This document shows, piece by piece, positions 36,477-48,167 of a stretch of DNA of 64,000 nucleotides. Position numbers and translations under genes: made by a program. Each line of letters opens with the position of its first letter. The first letter of the stretch is position 1. This DNA is from Minutocellus sp. GHC0000111. Taxonomy: Eukaryota. The stretch spans positions 1,364,001 to 1,428,000 of the forward strand of contig OZ361261.1 of NCBI GenBank assembly GCA_977018835.1. Direction: 5' to 3'. The notes below the pieces were generated by a model. The model saw only the letters and a program-made list of their open reading frames with translations, ran no database searches and was not told the origin of the DNA.

Positions 36477-38312
36477 TTAGTCCATCTGAGCGGATGTTCC
36501 CATAGTCCCGCCCCAATTTGCAAGGCTTGAACTGGCCGTACTCTTGGACTCCAGATCGTCATTGGATATCAAGCGGGTCAATTTAGCTCTCGAATCAGAA
36601 TCAGACTCGGATTGGGGAATCATCAAGTCATCCTCATCCTCCTCGATGTCATCACCAGAGCTTTCTGCATCACTCTCGTCGTCAACCATGGACCCCACGT
36701 TGACATTGCGCTTGTTTCGTTGCCTCCATAGCTGTTTGGCGGCAGCATTGTTACCGCCCTTGGCTTTACTACTTCTTCGACTTTGTCTCGGCGGCGGAAA
36801 AGTCCGCTGCTTGGAGAAAGGCGAAGGAGGTGGCAACGCCCTGCTTGTTTTCTTGCTACTCGGGGCAAATTCAACGGTAGAGCCACCTCCTTTGCTACTT
36901 TTTCTTTTGCCTTGATCTCCATCATCTACCGGTACCTTCTGATCGCTTTCAGGAGCCGCATCCGTTTCGGTCCGTACATAATTAACAAAACCACTCATCG
37001 ATACCTCTACAGAACTCATCGCCATGCCCCCAGCCTCACTTGGCACAATCATCTCGCTCCCCGTATCGTCATCTGGATCAGCATTGCTAGCATGATTTTT
37101 CCCGGCAACTTTCAGGCCATCGGATGATGAAGAAGAGCCAACGCCAACATCGACGTCAACTTCGAGAGGGGCCATTGCCTTTGTTAGCCACACTTCTTTC
37201 CGAACGGGAGTGCCAGATGGATATAGAGGTCTGGCCAGTTGTCTCTCTTCGTCGGAGACGGGCTGGCCGTTGATACTCGATAAATCAGGCAACCGATAAA
37301 TGATATACAATCGATGCATCCGCATCTGCTCTCTGTTGGCCGCATCGATCGCCGCATCCAGCTTGGACTTGAGCTTCGGGTCGATATTTGTCGGCAGCTT
37401 TGCATCCCGTAGAGGACTTGCACCACCCCTTTTATTCCCGGGAGAGCACGGATTATTCCTCAAACTCAAATGTTGTAGCCTGGGAAACAACTGCACGACA
37501 ATGTCCAAGAAGGCAGGAAGATCGTTGTTGCCATCGTCCCCGTCTCCTACCAGATTCCCATCGTATCTCAAATCTCTCACGGATTGTGCCGTCTTGCGGG
37601 GGACGCCAAATTTCAATGCCTGCGCAGACAGGGATCGATTGGACAGGTCCAACACCTCGAGAGATTGCTTGTGCGAACCGGCCAGCTCCGACATGGCCTT
37701 CCACCGATCTCGGGGATTACGGTTGACAAGTCTGGCATCCTGGGCGCTGGGGTTGTGCGTCGGCGGCGCATCGATCAGGGGTGAGTGGACGATTCGGGGA
37801 TTGCCACCGCCTCGTTTCGGAGTGGAATATTGCGGTCTCCGTCTGTTATCAGTGCTGGGACCGGTTATTCTACCATTCGTACTCGTGCTGCCGCCATGCT
37901 TGGAAGCTTTGGGCGTGGAAGGCGCCATCGTTGGGTCTCGATTCGTTGCCTTTTGCGTCGGATATGTGTGCTGCTGTCTCTGACGAAGTGACTCCGCCGC
38001 CAACGTCGTATTTTTGCTATTGTGGTTGCTGTTGCCGCCGATCATATCTTGGTCCTTGGTGCCAATTGTGTCATTCGAACCTGCCTCTGTTCCTATTTGT
38101 GCTGGTGGCGTGGAAGGGCTCGATGGTTTGTGATGGGGTCCTTGGGATGTTGCTGGTCGATCAGCTCCCTCACTTGACGATTCTCCGGGGGCAGTTGCAA
38201 TGCCGGCCGTGGGAGCATTGGTGCCACCTATTACCGATAAGGCCGCCGACGACGTGGAGTTGGACCGTTTCCGGCCTGCACCAGCACCGCTTGGGTGCGT
38301 TTTGGCAAACAT
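36477..38312 (-). CDS. Leucine-rich-repeat protein with an LRR cap (start uncertain)
   Basis: LEVLDLSN, LQHLSLRNNP and RLYIIYRLPDLSSINGQPVSDEER. Confidence 0.75.
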   Translation of the reverse strand: MFAKTHPSGAGAGRKRSNSTSSAALSVIGGTNAPTAGIATAPGESSSEGADRPATSQGPHHKPSSPSTPPAQIGTEAGSNDTIGTKDQDMIGGNSNHNSKNTTLAAESLRQRQQHTYPTQKATNRDPTMAPSTPKASKHGGSTSTNGRITGPSTDNRRRPQYSTPKRGGGNPRIVHSPLIDAPPTHNPSAQDARLVNRNPRDRWKAMSELAGSHKQSLEVLDLSNRSLSAQALKFGVPRKTAQSVRDLRYDGNLVGDGDDGNNDLPAFLDIVVQLFPRLQHLSLRNNPCSPGNKRGGASPLRDAKLPTNIDPKLKSKLDAAIDAANREQMRMHRLYIIYRLPDLSSINGQPVSDEERQLARPLYPSGTPVRKEVWLTKAMAPLEVDVDVGVGSSSSSDGLKVAGKNHASNADPDDDTGSEMIVPSEAGGMAMSSVEVSMSGFVNYVRTETDAAPESDQKVPVDDGDQGKRKSSKGGGSTVEFAPSSKKTSRALPPPSPFSKQRTFPPPRQSRRSSKAKGGNNAAAKQLWRQRNKRNVNVGSMVDDESDAESSGDDIEEDEDDLMIPQSESDSDSRAKLTRLISNDDLESKSTASSSLANWGGTMGTSAQMD

Positions 38313-38770
38313 TAATTCTCAGCAAACAGGACTGGCTTCTGACTCGATGATACGACTCCGATGCTTCAACTTTTTTGGCACAAAATTTCTTCTGTTCGAG
38401 ATCCCTGTAGTTCACAGACAAGATATGCACATTGTGTAATAATTAACGATTGGGTGACTCTCTTGTTAGATATCAAGGCCCGGGGTAAGCACCATCTTCG
38501 CCCGGCTTCGACCTCTCGATCTCATTGGGCCATGGAAAATGGGCTAGCGAGCAAGGAGGCAAGCGGCGCCGTCGCGTCGGCGTCGGGCGTTGGGTCGACG
38601 TCATGATTACGAAATGGAAACGATGGACAGATGAGACTCCCGGAGACGAAATCGAGAAGCGACGAGAAGCGGCCCAAGAAATATGCCCAAGCATTGTGGA
38701 TGGTTGATACGGCGGAGCAACCGAGGAAGAGATGTTATGAGACGAGATCAAGTGACTTGATTGTAGAAGA

Positions 38771-40671
38771 ATGAGGCATTCTCTCCTCTTCGCCTTGCCG
38801 TTCGTCGGTGCATCCATCAGCATAATTCTGATTTGGCACTCCACAACCATACTTCGATGGGAACAAATCAAGGTGGAGCTCATCCTCCCCATTCCTCAGC
38901 TTGGTGGCGATGGCTCGTCCCGTGCACTTTGGAGGCGTTCGCGGCCGCCGTTTGATTTGTCCATTTCGGTGGGACCGGATGTTCACGCGGAGCTACCGCG
39001 GGGGGGCGTGCTGTATCGGCTCGGGGACTTGGCCAAAGCCAGCACGAAGAACATGCCATCCACCCCAGCAAGGCGAGCGATCGAGGTTCGCCTTTTGCCC
39101 AGCACAAACTCTTCAGCTGTACGTTTCGACATTCTGTTCAGCGACTACAGTGGAGCATTTATCGAAATATCCCAAGGCGGCAAGGTATGCAGAGTTTCTA
39201 CGTCCCGTGGGAAGATTCCCAGGCATGGCCACTCTTTCTGGTTCTCTACAATTGTGGAAGTGGTGCAGAAGTTCGATATGTTGAAATGGGCGCATCCGGC
39301 GACATGGGAAAAATGTGGAAGGAAGGTGCTGTTGTAAACATACAAGAGGAGAGAAAATATCCACGGAGAGATTTGTACTTTCGCAGACGTACCGGCAGTG
39401 GAGGCAAGGTCACATTATGTACGCAACTGACTCCGGAGCGGTTACATCATCTTCAGCACATTGCGAAACACTGGGGAGGCCCGGTATCGGCTGCCATCTA
39501 TGTCGGCCATCGCAACTCGTCACAAGGAGATGAAACTACAGCTATCTCGAACTTTTGGGATACTGCTGCAGACGACATAAAATCATTTCTCGATATCCAC
39601 CTTGTATACGATGACAAACGACCTTGGTTCTCCACCAGTGCCGGGGGGCAGCAGAATCCATATCCAATCAATCTACTTCGTCAGATCGCCCTTGATGCTG
39701 CTCAGACGAAATGGGTGATGGTGCTCGAGGCGGACATGGTGCCCGTCCCAAATGCACAGAAATTGGTCGAAAGGTCTTGGGGGGAGATGATGGAGACTTA
39801 CAATAGGGAACCGAATGGAGCAGCCTTTGTGGTTCCCTTTTATATTTCCAGGGTTCAATTAGATAATGGGAGGGCGATAGAACGATTTCCCAGCAACAAG
39901 AAGGCGCTTAAAGAAAATTTAGCGAGCGTAGAAGAAACTCTTGGCGGAAAAAGAGAATCGAAACCAGGTGGTGGTGGTGCCAAAGGAAGCCTGAAACAAA
40001 AAATAAGAGAGATCTCTCAAGCTAGGAGAGGCAAGTATTTTCGTGCGGGTGACATGTACACAAACCATAGACTCGTTGACTATGAAACTTGGGAGTCTCT
40101 CCCTGATGATGGCGCCGACTTCATAAAAATGCATTCATTTGGCGAAAGAGAAGACCTTTGTGACCCACCATCAAGAATGAGTGAACAAGAACCTTACGTT
40201 CTAATTGACAAGGCAGACCTGCCCCCTCAACATGTTTTATTCTCGGGGATGCAATGGGATAAGGTGGCTTCTGTTACCGACATGTGCAATTGCGGCCTAT
40301 CGTTCTTTCTGCATCCGTTTCTCTTTGCCATGATGTTTAACGAACCGAGGACAAGCATCGGACAGGGCCAGTGGGCTTCTGAATCATTGCCAAATTGGCG
40401 GCAGCTTTTCGTCTTTGCTCTGATGCCAATCTATGCCCAGGAGGTACAGAAGGTACGCTTGCAGCACATGGCAGTATCACATTCCGAGGTAGCTGGCAGT
40501 GGCAAAGCTACTTGTGGTAGGCTGGCAGAAATCAAAGACGGTGAGCCGATGCATTACCCTCCCTGGGCTCCGCGATGGGTTGCAAATAATCGCGGTGGAA
40601 CCTTACGCCTGAAGAAAACGACTTATGGTTCACCCCCAGGGATAAATTTGACTGACATGATGGATGGGTGA
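38771..40671 (+). CDS. LARGE/GT49-like glycosyltransferase (frameshift ~39150-39300)
   Basis: VTLCTQL..ERL, WGGPVSAAIY, YPINLLRQIAL, EADMVP, EPY and DK motifs; N-terminal signal anchor. Confidence 0.8.
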
Positions 40672-40912
40672 ACGTTACGTGGGTGGTGTTTGGGACGGAT
40701 GTATTTTTGATAATTCTATTTCTCGTCTATGCAGACCACTAAACTAGCCGGTAGTAGGTCTGCCAATGATGATGAGAGCGTACCTAGACATTAATATGTA
40801 TATATGCATGACAATGTGAAAAACGTTTATGTAGATTCTACTTACATGTAGATTACGAGCCATAAAACAGCCAGCCTGAAATTCATGCAGCCACTTTATT
40901 AATTGTGTTTCA

Positions 40913-42166
40913 CTAGCCAGTACTCGACGTTTGTCCATTCGCATTCTTCTTGGCCTCTTCTGCCGCCCTGGCCTCCTCCTCTTCCTGCTGCCGCACGTCC
41001 TCATCGGCCTGGTCGAAATCATCCCAATGACCATCCACTCTCTCGTTGGGATCATACAGATAATCGAACGTCTCTGGTTCCCGGTACTGATCCTCGGCAG
41101 CCCCGCTCTTCCACCCCCCGTCATCGATCTCGGCCGCCCGCGCCGCCGCCTCGATGACCTCGTTGGAATCGGCCATGGACATGGCAGCCTTGAGCTCCTC
41201 GATGGTCGGTGGAGCCTCCTCGTCGTCCTTGAGCTCGTACAGAAATATCGGCAACCCCAGCACCACCTCGGACCACTTGGCGTGCCACCCCTTCATCTCG
41301 TATCCGCATGTCACGACTCGTATGCCCTTGGATCCGCAGTGCTCCTCCAGCAACGGTTGGATCTTCTGCAGCGCCTCCTCGACGAAGTAGCAGGTAATTA
41401 CAGTGTCGGCATCAGACCCCATCTGCTTCCAAAGTTCCGGCGCCTCCAACAGATCGGCCGTCACAAAGTCCACGTTGGCAGGCCGAGGATGGCGCCTGCT
41501 CAACCGTTCCTCCGCCCGTCGGATGAGGTTGGGATCAATGTCAATGCCGGTGGTATGCCGGACGGCGTACGTGTCGAGCGCGTGGAAGTTCAGTCGACCG
41601 TCGCCGCAGCCCAGATCGTAGTGGCGGGTGGTGGAGCCGGCCTTGGCCACGTCGAGCATGCGGCGGGCCACGACGTCGGGACAGGGCACCCACGGGCTGA
41701 GGCTGGCCATGCGGAGGTATTCGTCCATGGGCATGCCCGGATCGAACGGTTCGTTTGGCTCGGGCGCGCTAGTGCTGACGCTGTGGGTGGTCTGGGTGTT
41801 GGGTCTGATGGAGGCATTTTGGAGCAGATCGGACGATTGGACGCGGATTCGCTCTTCGTCGGTTAGGTTGGAGGGTGCCGAGGGTTGTTGGGGTGATCCG
41901 CGAGCCTGCTCGTGGTCGGATGATGGTTGCTGCTGCTGTTCGGAGGCAAGGGGTGACGATGGATTGAAGCGAGAGGATGCGCGGTTGGAGCCGCGCTGCC
42001 TTCGGCGGGTGGCGAAGGAGCGATATTGCTGCTGCCGATTTGAATTATTTTGGGCAGCAGAAGGTTCGTCTGATGAAGTACGCGATATGCTGGTGGTGAT
42101 TGTTCGGCGGTGGGAGCGTATCCCACGGCTTACAGCGGCGGCGGCTGGTACGAAACGCAGCATCAT
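40913..42166 (-). CDS. Mitochondrion-targeted class I SAM methyltransferase (FAM173-like)
   Basis: SPWVP.P..VARRML, YDLGCGDGR and GIDID motifs; Arg/Ser-rich presequence. Confidence 0.8.
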   Translation of the reverse strand: MMLRFVPAAAAVSRGIRSHRRTITTSISRTSSDEPSAAQNNSNRQQQYRSFATRRRQRGSNRASSRFNPSSPLASEQQQQPSSDHEQARGSPQQPSAPSNLTDEERIRVQSSDLLQNASIRPNTQTTHSVSTSAPEPNEPFDPGMPMDEYLRMASLSPWVPCPDVVARRMLDVAKAGSTTRHYDLGCGDGRLNFHALDTYAVRHTTGIDIDPNLIRRAEERLSRRHPRPANVDFVTADLLEAPELWKQMGSDADTVITCYFVEEALQKIQPLLEEHCGSKGIRVVTCGYEMKGWHAKWSEVVLGLPIFLYELKDDEEAPPTIEELKAAMSMADSNEVIEAAARAAEIDDGGWKSGAAEDQYREPETFDYLYDPNERVDGHWDDFDQADEDVRQQEEEEARAAEEAKKNANGQTSSTG

Positions 42167-42499
42167 CGTCGCCGTCGTAAAAAAAATGAGCACATCTTGC
42201 ATGCAATCGAAGGGGCGGACGAGGGACAGACATTCAATTAATTAACGGACAATCAATGTCCTCAATTCATTCAAAGTACATGAAACCTCACTTTGTGGAT
42301 TCGCAAAACCGTCCATTTGCTTCGAGGCGAGCGAGCCGCAACCCGCATCCTTTTTGCTCCACCGCACCAGCACGCACATGCACAACGAACCGTCTGCATC
42401 AATCATTCTCTGCTGGTCGTCATTTTCCGTCCATCCATCCATCGCATCGCATCGCATAATCTGAAGCCAAAGCTCTTTTCGAAAGCTCTTCGGTCTTCC

Positions 42500-42505
42500 A
42501 TGTAG
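42500..42505 (+). promoter_or_regulatory. Minimal AUG-UAG uORF in the putative AdoMetDC 5' leader
   Basis: ATGTAG located 45 nt upstream of the spliced uORF start; inclusion in the transcript is inferred. Confidence 0.45.
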
Positions 42506-42549
42506 TCAGTTGTCGATCGCATCATCAGGTGAAGGCCAACCCAGCTTGC

Positions 42550-43130
42550 ATGCCGGTAAGTCATCATCGGTCTACTCCGAGCTGGGCCTATTTCGCGGAC
42601 GGACAGGGCCTGAATGTTCGTCACTGGTGCATGCGTTGAATTGTTCGGGTGAAGAGTCAAGTCATGTTGGCTTGATAGACGGAGGAGCATGTCGGTCTGC
42701 GTCATGAATCTCCGAGAGGCGCGCGGGACGCATGCATGACATCTCTGCAATGCAATCGGCAATACTGGCACAAGAGCGATTGGCTACCGTCAATTAATGC
42801 TTTCAAGGTTGTTGAATTGGAACCGTTCAATCGGTGGCTTGGAATGTATTGGTCGTATTGACGGCACATGTCAACCTCCTTGCCTCGCTTCTGTGGCCGC
42901 ATGAGTGTCGTGTCTACTTCTTTCTCTTCTTTTGACCCGATGCAATCAAATTCAATGCAATTGATGCATCAATATTGACCCATCTATCTCCAACCCCATC
43001 ACAACAATCATTTCCCATAACAAATTGCACCAATGGAAAACACACAATAATAATACAGGCCGCTTCAAAGATCGTATTCACCATCCCCATCCTCCTGGCG
43101 GCCCCACCTGCCAACACTTACCCCTCCTGA
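42550..43130 (+). promoter_or_regulatory. Spliced uORF MPAASKIVFTIPILLAAPPANTYPS* (intron 42556-43058) upstream of AdoMetDC
   Basis: ATG CCG|GTAAGT donor and TACAG|GCC acceptor join in phase 0; ends CCC TCC TGA (43122-43130), 95 nt before the main AUG. Confidence 0.7.
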
Positions 43131-43225
43131 CAGCGGCTAATACCCCCACAGCCAACAATAGTACAATAATTCAACCATCACTTCAAATCTCATCGCATCA
43201 CATTGCCAATCACCACACAATCAAA

Positions 43226-44827
43226 ATGAGCGCCAACAACAAAGACGATGGAAGAGAGGAGGAGCTCCTTCGCTGCAGCGTCAATTCCGACTACATCTAC
43301 GAGCCCACCGGCCCGACCGATGGGGGTGAGAATCCCGAACTCAGCATCATTGACGCGGTCATCCCCGAGCATGCCCCGGCCGTCGAGGAGCCCCATCCCG
43401 AGTTGGACGGTGGACTGAGCAACCCCCCTACCGACTACAACGCCGACTACCAGCCTCAGCAGGCACCGGTCGATTCCGATGCGTCCGGTGGATCATCCGA
43501 CTCGGTATCGCACGATCCCAGCAGCAGTGGAGCCTTGGATGACGATGAACATTCGGGGGAGATTCGAGAGTACACCGGCGTGTTCGAGGGTCCCGAGAAG
43601 ACTTTGGAGGTGGTCTTCCGACGCGTCACGGATACCGAGGAAGAGCAGCCCCAGCTGGCGCAGCAGGCCATCGCTCAGGCGGCCGGTCCGGGCCAGGAGA
43701 TCCAGCGCATCGGCCTCCGTCGTCTCGCCAGAGCCGATCTGGACCGCATCTGCGCCCGGGCTCGGTGCACCATTCTGTCGTGCGTGAGCAACCAGTATCT
43801 CGATGCCTACGTCCTGTCGGAGAGCTCGCTGTTCGTCTATCCCTACATGCTGGTCCTCAAGACGTGCGGTACGACCACCCTCCTCCGTTGTCTGGCCGTC
43901 CTCATTGAGCTTGGCCGTCGACTTCGTCTGGAGTTGGATTGGGTGGGATACAGCCGCAAGAATTTCAACTTCCCTGGCGATCAGGCCTTTCCCCACCAGT
44001 CCTTCCATCAGGAACTGGATTACCTGTACAGCCACCGCAATCTCTGTGAGCGTCTGGATGGCAATGGATACCCTCTCGGACCCGTCACCGATGACCACTG
44101 GTTCGTCTTCGTGGCCGATCAGACCATCCGCAGCCGAAACAATGACACTCTCGATACTGACCGCGTTCTCAACATTATGATGTTTGACATTGATGAGTCT
44201 GTGGCCGAGATCTTCTACTACGATGCCTACGAGAAGAAGGCCCGGCCAGATGAAACCGAGGACGAGGCCGTGAAGCGCATTTCCGTGGCCCAGACCAAGG
44301 CGGCGGGCATCGACGCCTTGTGCCCCGGCAGCATCATCGACCCCCGTGCCTTTGAACCCTGCGGATACAGTATGAATGCCATCCTGTTCCGGTCCTACTG
44401 CACCATGCACATCACTCCCGAGAGCGGATCGTCCTACGCCAGTTTCGAGACCAACCAAAAGGTTAGCTCGTACACCTCCCTCATAAACAACGTCGTTCGA
44501 GCCTTTAAGCCCCGCCGTTTTGTCCTTACTCTTATGGCAGACGAGGCTGGCTTGGCCCAGATGCGGGACAATCCGCTTGCTGGATCTGCCGCGGCTGCCA
44601 AGATTGCCGTCCAAACCGCCCCCGTCCCATCGGGTGGGAAGGACAGGCCACCAATGTCGCCGGATGCGGATGCCTCGCCGGCCAAGAAGATGGTGTACAA
44701 GCGCACCAACCTGGCTTCTATTCATGTGGAAGATGACCAGGCCTGCATGATGGGCAACTGGGTACTTCATGAGGAGGAAGAATCGGGCGTCCCTGAGCCC
44801 CGACTCCGTGGCATGTCCGTGAGCTGA
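43226..44827 (+). CDS. SAMDC: S-adenosylmethionine decarboxylase proenzyme (AdoMetDC/SAMDC)
   Basis: FEGPEKTLE, YVLSE/SSLFV autocleavage site, KTCGTT, FEPCGYSMN and HITPE..SYASFET. Confidence 0.97.
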   Translation: MSANNKDDGREEELLRCSVNSDYIYEPTGPTDGGENPELSIIDAVIPEHAPAVEEPHPELDGGLSNPPTDYNADYQPQQAPVDSDASGGSSDSVSHDPSSSGALDDDEHSGEIREYTGVFEGPEKTLEVVFRRVTDTEEEQPQLAQQAIAQAAGPGQEIQRIGLRRLARADLDRICARARCTILSCVSNQYLDAYVLSESSLFVYPYMLVLKTCGTTTLLRCLAVLIELGRRLRLELDWVGYSRKNFNFPGDQAFPHQSFHQELDYLYSHRNLCERLDGNGYPLGPVTDDHWFVFVADQTIRSRNNDTLDTDRVLNIMMFDIDESVAEIFYYDAYEKKARPDETEDEAVKRISVAQTKAAGIDALCPGSIIDPRAFEPCGYSMNAILFRSYCTMHITPESGSSYASFETNQKVSSYTSLINNVVRAFKPRRFVLTLMADEAGLAQMRDNPLAGSAAAAKIAVQTAPVPSGGKDRPPMSPDADASPAKKMVYKRTNLASIHVEDDQACMMGNWVLHEEEESGVPEPRLRGMSVS

Positions 44828-45127
44828 GAGCCTGAGGAGCCCAATGGTGCGGTCGGTAGTTGTCATACTGTCTAGAACTGCTGTAGGATTCCTACCGGTA
44901 CATGTATGCAGAGTCTCTAGATCGGCAAGGGAGCCTATGTAGGAATCCTACCTATTACATATTGTAGAGAAAGCATTATACATATCAAAAGCATCTATCT
45001 ATGAAAAGCACAATCGCAAATAGACTGTTTCGTAAAAAGGCATTTTCGACCATACAGCGCCTGTTTCATTTTTTTTTAACATATTTTGTGATTTATTTAT
45101 TCATTAGGGCACTGATTCCGATGCGAT

Positions 45128-46306
45128 CTATACTATGTCTCCTGGCCCGTTGGGTTCGTTGGATAATTCCTCCATCGCCGTTGTAAAGAGAGTTTTGCTT
45201 GTGTTGTGCTTTCCGTCAATGAGCTTTTCTTCCAACACATGGCATTGAGCTCGGTGCACCTTGAACGAAACCAAAAGACAAAAAGTGGCCACAAATAATG
45301 GTACAAAGACGATGACCGCATCGCCAGGATAACTAAATGCCCAGGCACAGAAACCAACCCCAAGCAGTATAAGGAACAACAACAGCACCATGTCTTCCAG
45401 CGCCACCGAGGAGGAATATTGTACTTCTTCAAAGATCATACCAGATCTTGGCTTCCCCTCCAAGCACACGAGCTTTACCAAGTCGCCGGGCGTCGTATTC
45501 ATAAATCTCTTCTTGCTGACATTTTCCAGCTTTTTAATGGTGAATTCGGTGCCGTGCCCTGCTGGTGAAATATCGGCCGCCGCCGCCGTGGCGCCCATTG
45601 GTGCCTCGTAGCACACAAACAAATTGAAAGGTGCGACCGGCCAGGATTGGTATACCTCCGCGACCGGCATAACCCCCGAATGGAACGCAAGAAAATCCGC
45701 ATCTGAAGCGCGAAACTCCCAGATACTTTTAGATTCCTTCTTAATCACAGTGCCAGTGCATGTGCATGCGGGCCTAGCTTCCGACGCAGCGTTAAGGGTG
45801 CATTTCAATAATTTCCGCGATAAGCGTGAGAACAGACGCCTTCGCAGAGCAGCGCGGGTGAAGTAGTATGTCCCTGCCGATATGATGAGGCAGCCTAATA
45901 TCAGGATAGGAACGGGGGTGCCGTCTGTGTACGGATTCGGGGCATTTTTGCTATTTGCATTACCGTTGGATGTTCCGAAGAAATCTTTGCCCGGTGCATT
46001 GTTATTGGAGATGTTTGTGCTTTTGTCCTTGTGTTTGTGGTGGTGAGGTGTCGTTGTGCTTGTGTCGAGCCACTCGGTGACGTTGGTGGAATTTGCATTG
46101 ACATCTTGGCTAGTGCCGTATTTGCAAAAGAAACCGATGCACTTGCTATCAGGCTCCGAAACTTCCATTCGTCGCCAACGAAGCTTTTGTTCATGCGCAT
46201 ATGTGTCATCTTTCTCATCTTTCTCGCTTTCCAAGTGCGACCCGGCCGCATTCACTAAAGTGTATCTTGTATGTAATGCAATAATACCATTGTTTGACAA
46301 TGCCAT
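45128..46306 (-). CDS. Hypothetical membrane protein (3 TM)
   Basis: 392-aa ORF with hydrophobic helices; no family recognised. Confidence 0.5.
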   Translation of the reverse strand: MALSNNGIIALHTRYTLVNAAGSHLESEKDEKDDTYAHEQKLRWRRMEVSEPDSKCIGFFCKYGTSQDVNANSTNVTEWLDTSTTTPHHHKHKDKSTNISNNNAPGKDFFGTSNGNANSKNAPNPYTDGTPVPILILGCLIISAGTYYFTRAALRRRLFSRLSRKLLKCTLNAASEARPACTCTGTVIKKESKSIWEFRASDADFLAFHSGVMPVAEVYQSWPVAPFNLFVCYEAPMGATAAAADISPAGHGTEFTIKKLENVSKKRFMNTTPGDLVKLVCLEGKPRSGMIFEEVQYSSSVALEDMVLLLFLILLGVGFCAWAFSYPGDAVIVFVPLFVATFCLLVSFKVHRAQCHVLEEKLIDGKHNTSKTLFTTAMEELSNEPNGPGDIV

Positions 46307-46742
46307 ATCGTCGTGGGGGGTGGATTATTACTAAGCGCTATCTTTTGTTGGTAATTCTATCAACTAACTGGTCGTGCAAGGGTTCTCCCAGGTGATGAAG
46401 TTGTTTGATGATTGCTCATTCGATGATTCATTCTGGCGGGTCTGCCGCCTACGCACGCGCGCAAGGATCGGGCGGGAACAGTGTGTGTTGTTTCTTTCGT
46501 TATGATGCGTCGCTGACGCAATGCCGCGTCATTGCCACTTGAAGTTGAGAATTGCCCGCACAGGCATCTTATTTGTTTTGTGGCGAGTCATTTTCACCAG
46601 CCACACATATCCCGCTTTTTGCCTCGCGGTCGCCTGAGAAACTGCAATGAGAGCAATCCATTGCCACTCTGCCTTCCGGTCAGCTCTCAAACCCCTCACC
46701 ATCTCGCAGACAAGCCCTTCCGCCGTTGACACCTTGGCCATC

Positions 46743-48167
46743 ATGCAATCCGGCGCTCGAGACAACGCCGTGTCTTCCATTAGTATGCGTTCGCTGCCCC
46801 CCACGACCGCCGCTGCCGCTGCCGCCGCCACCACGGCTTCGTCGAAACCAGCCGTCTATGCCAAAATGACCCACTCCTCCTCACAAACTTTGTGCGGCGT
46901 GCCCACCACCTTCTCTGCTCCGGTCAAGAAAGGAACGGTTCGGTTCAACTCCTCTATACGCATCCGTCCCATCCCGAGTCTTTCGTTCGTGTCCGACGAA
47001 GAGAAGAGGGAGATTTGGTATTATGTAAGTACGCCACAGTTGGCTCGGTGGTTAGGCCGGCCGAAACCGTGTAGGCTTTAAATGTCTTGTGTACTTTGCA
47101 ATGAAAATAATACAGCACAACTAACAAACTCCATATCTTCAAACTTTCCCTTTCGTCCACTTGGCTCATTCCCCATCGAGCAGGAGGACGAAATATCTGG
47201 CTTCAAGGAGACCATCCGCCTAGATGTGCGGCACATGCGTCAGCAGATACGCCAGACCGAGCTGGCTCCGGAGCACATAAATGACACCAACGACCGGTGC
47301 TGCCGGGGCATCGAGCACTTTGCGACGCGAGATTCGCTTATGCGTCAGGAGACGGCCAAGACGGCACTGATCGAGTCCGTCCTTCGAGAGCAGGCGCATC
47401 TGTCAGCCACGATGCCGTCCGTTGATACATGTGATGGAGATTCTTCAAAACCATCTACCGTCAGGACCGACGCCATCGCTCAGGCCGTATGTGACGTTTC
47501 GACGAGGATGTCCCTTGAGGCTCGGTCCAGAGCCGCGACGTTTGGTGCATCCGACCGAGCATTTATCGCCGCGGAGGAGGCGGGCCTTCGTGCACTGCTG
47601 GCCTCGCACAATTTGGCCAGCCCCACTGCCCAAACGGTCATGTACCATGCACCGACAAGAGGGTATGCCCGTTCCGCCTCTTCGATTCAGCCAACGATTA
47701 CTGCCGGCACAGTGGAGCGTTCATTGCCATCGTCCTGTCTAAAGCGCTCGGCGTGCTCGGTCCCGAACATAATGAATTATGCCAGTCCTGGCCCGTCGAC
47801 ATCCTCCGCCATGTTCCAAGCCTACGAGCAGGTTGCCACACACCGCCGGAGAAGGCTGAGCCTTTTGCGAGAGAGTCTATTGGCGAGCATGAACATTTCA
47901 GATAGCAACATAACGCAGGATTTGCAGAATCATCATCATCAACAACAAAAAAACATCGACCATGAGTGGGCGCCGGTATCTTGCATTTTGTACATAACAC
48001 TTTTTGTATTCAACCTCTCGAATGAGGCACACATAACGCATAACAATATGATTTTTTATCACATGTTAGTTCTCCTTCTACTAAGTTACACCGGTCTATC
48101 GCTGTGCATCCAAATACACTTTTGGAAGACAGCACTGCTCACGTGCACGGTTCCTTGGCCGAATTGA
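46743..48167 (+). CDS. Hypothetical protein of the VRF...WY...RG(L/I)E type (intron ~47025-47181; 3' end uncertain)
   Basis: VRFNSSIRIRPI..SDEEKREIWYY|GTAAGT, then CCRGIEH...VLREQ. Confidence 0.55.

Noticed and set aside
43025..43225. N-terminal extension of AdoMetDC from TTG 43025, and the MENTQ* uORF at 43033
   Set aside because: Both starts lie inside the predicted leader intron; AAAATG at 43226 is the plausible start
33709..44827. SAM-metabolism gene cluster (carrier, methyltransferase, AdoMetDC)
   Set aside because: Interspersed with unrelated genes and predicted for different compartments; probably coincidental
44825..44875. Stop-codon readthrough tail on AdoMetDC
   Set aside because: Only 15 codons to the next stop and no readthrough-type context
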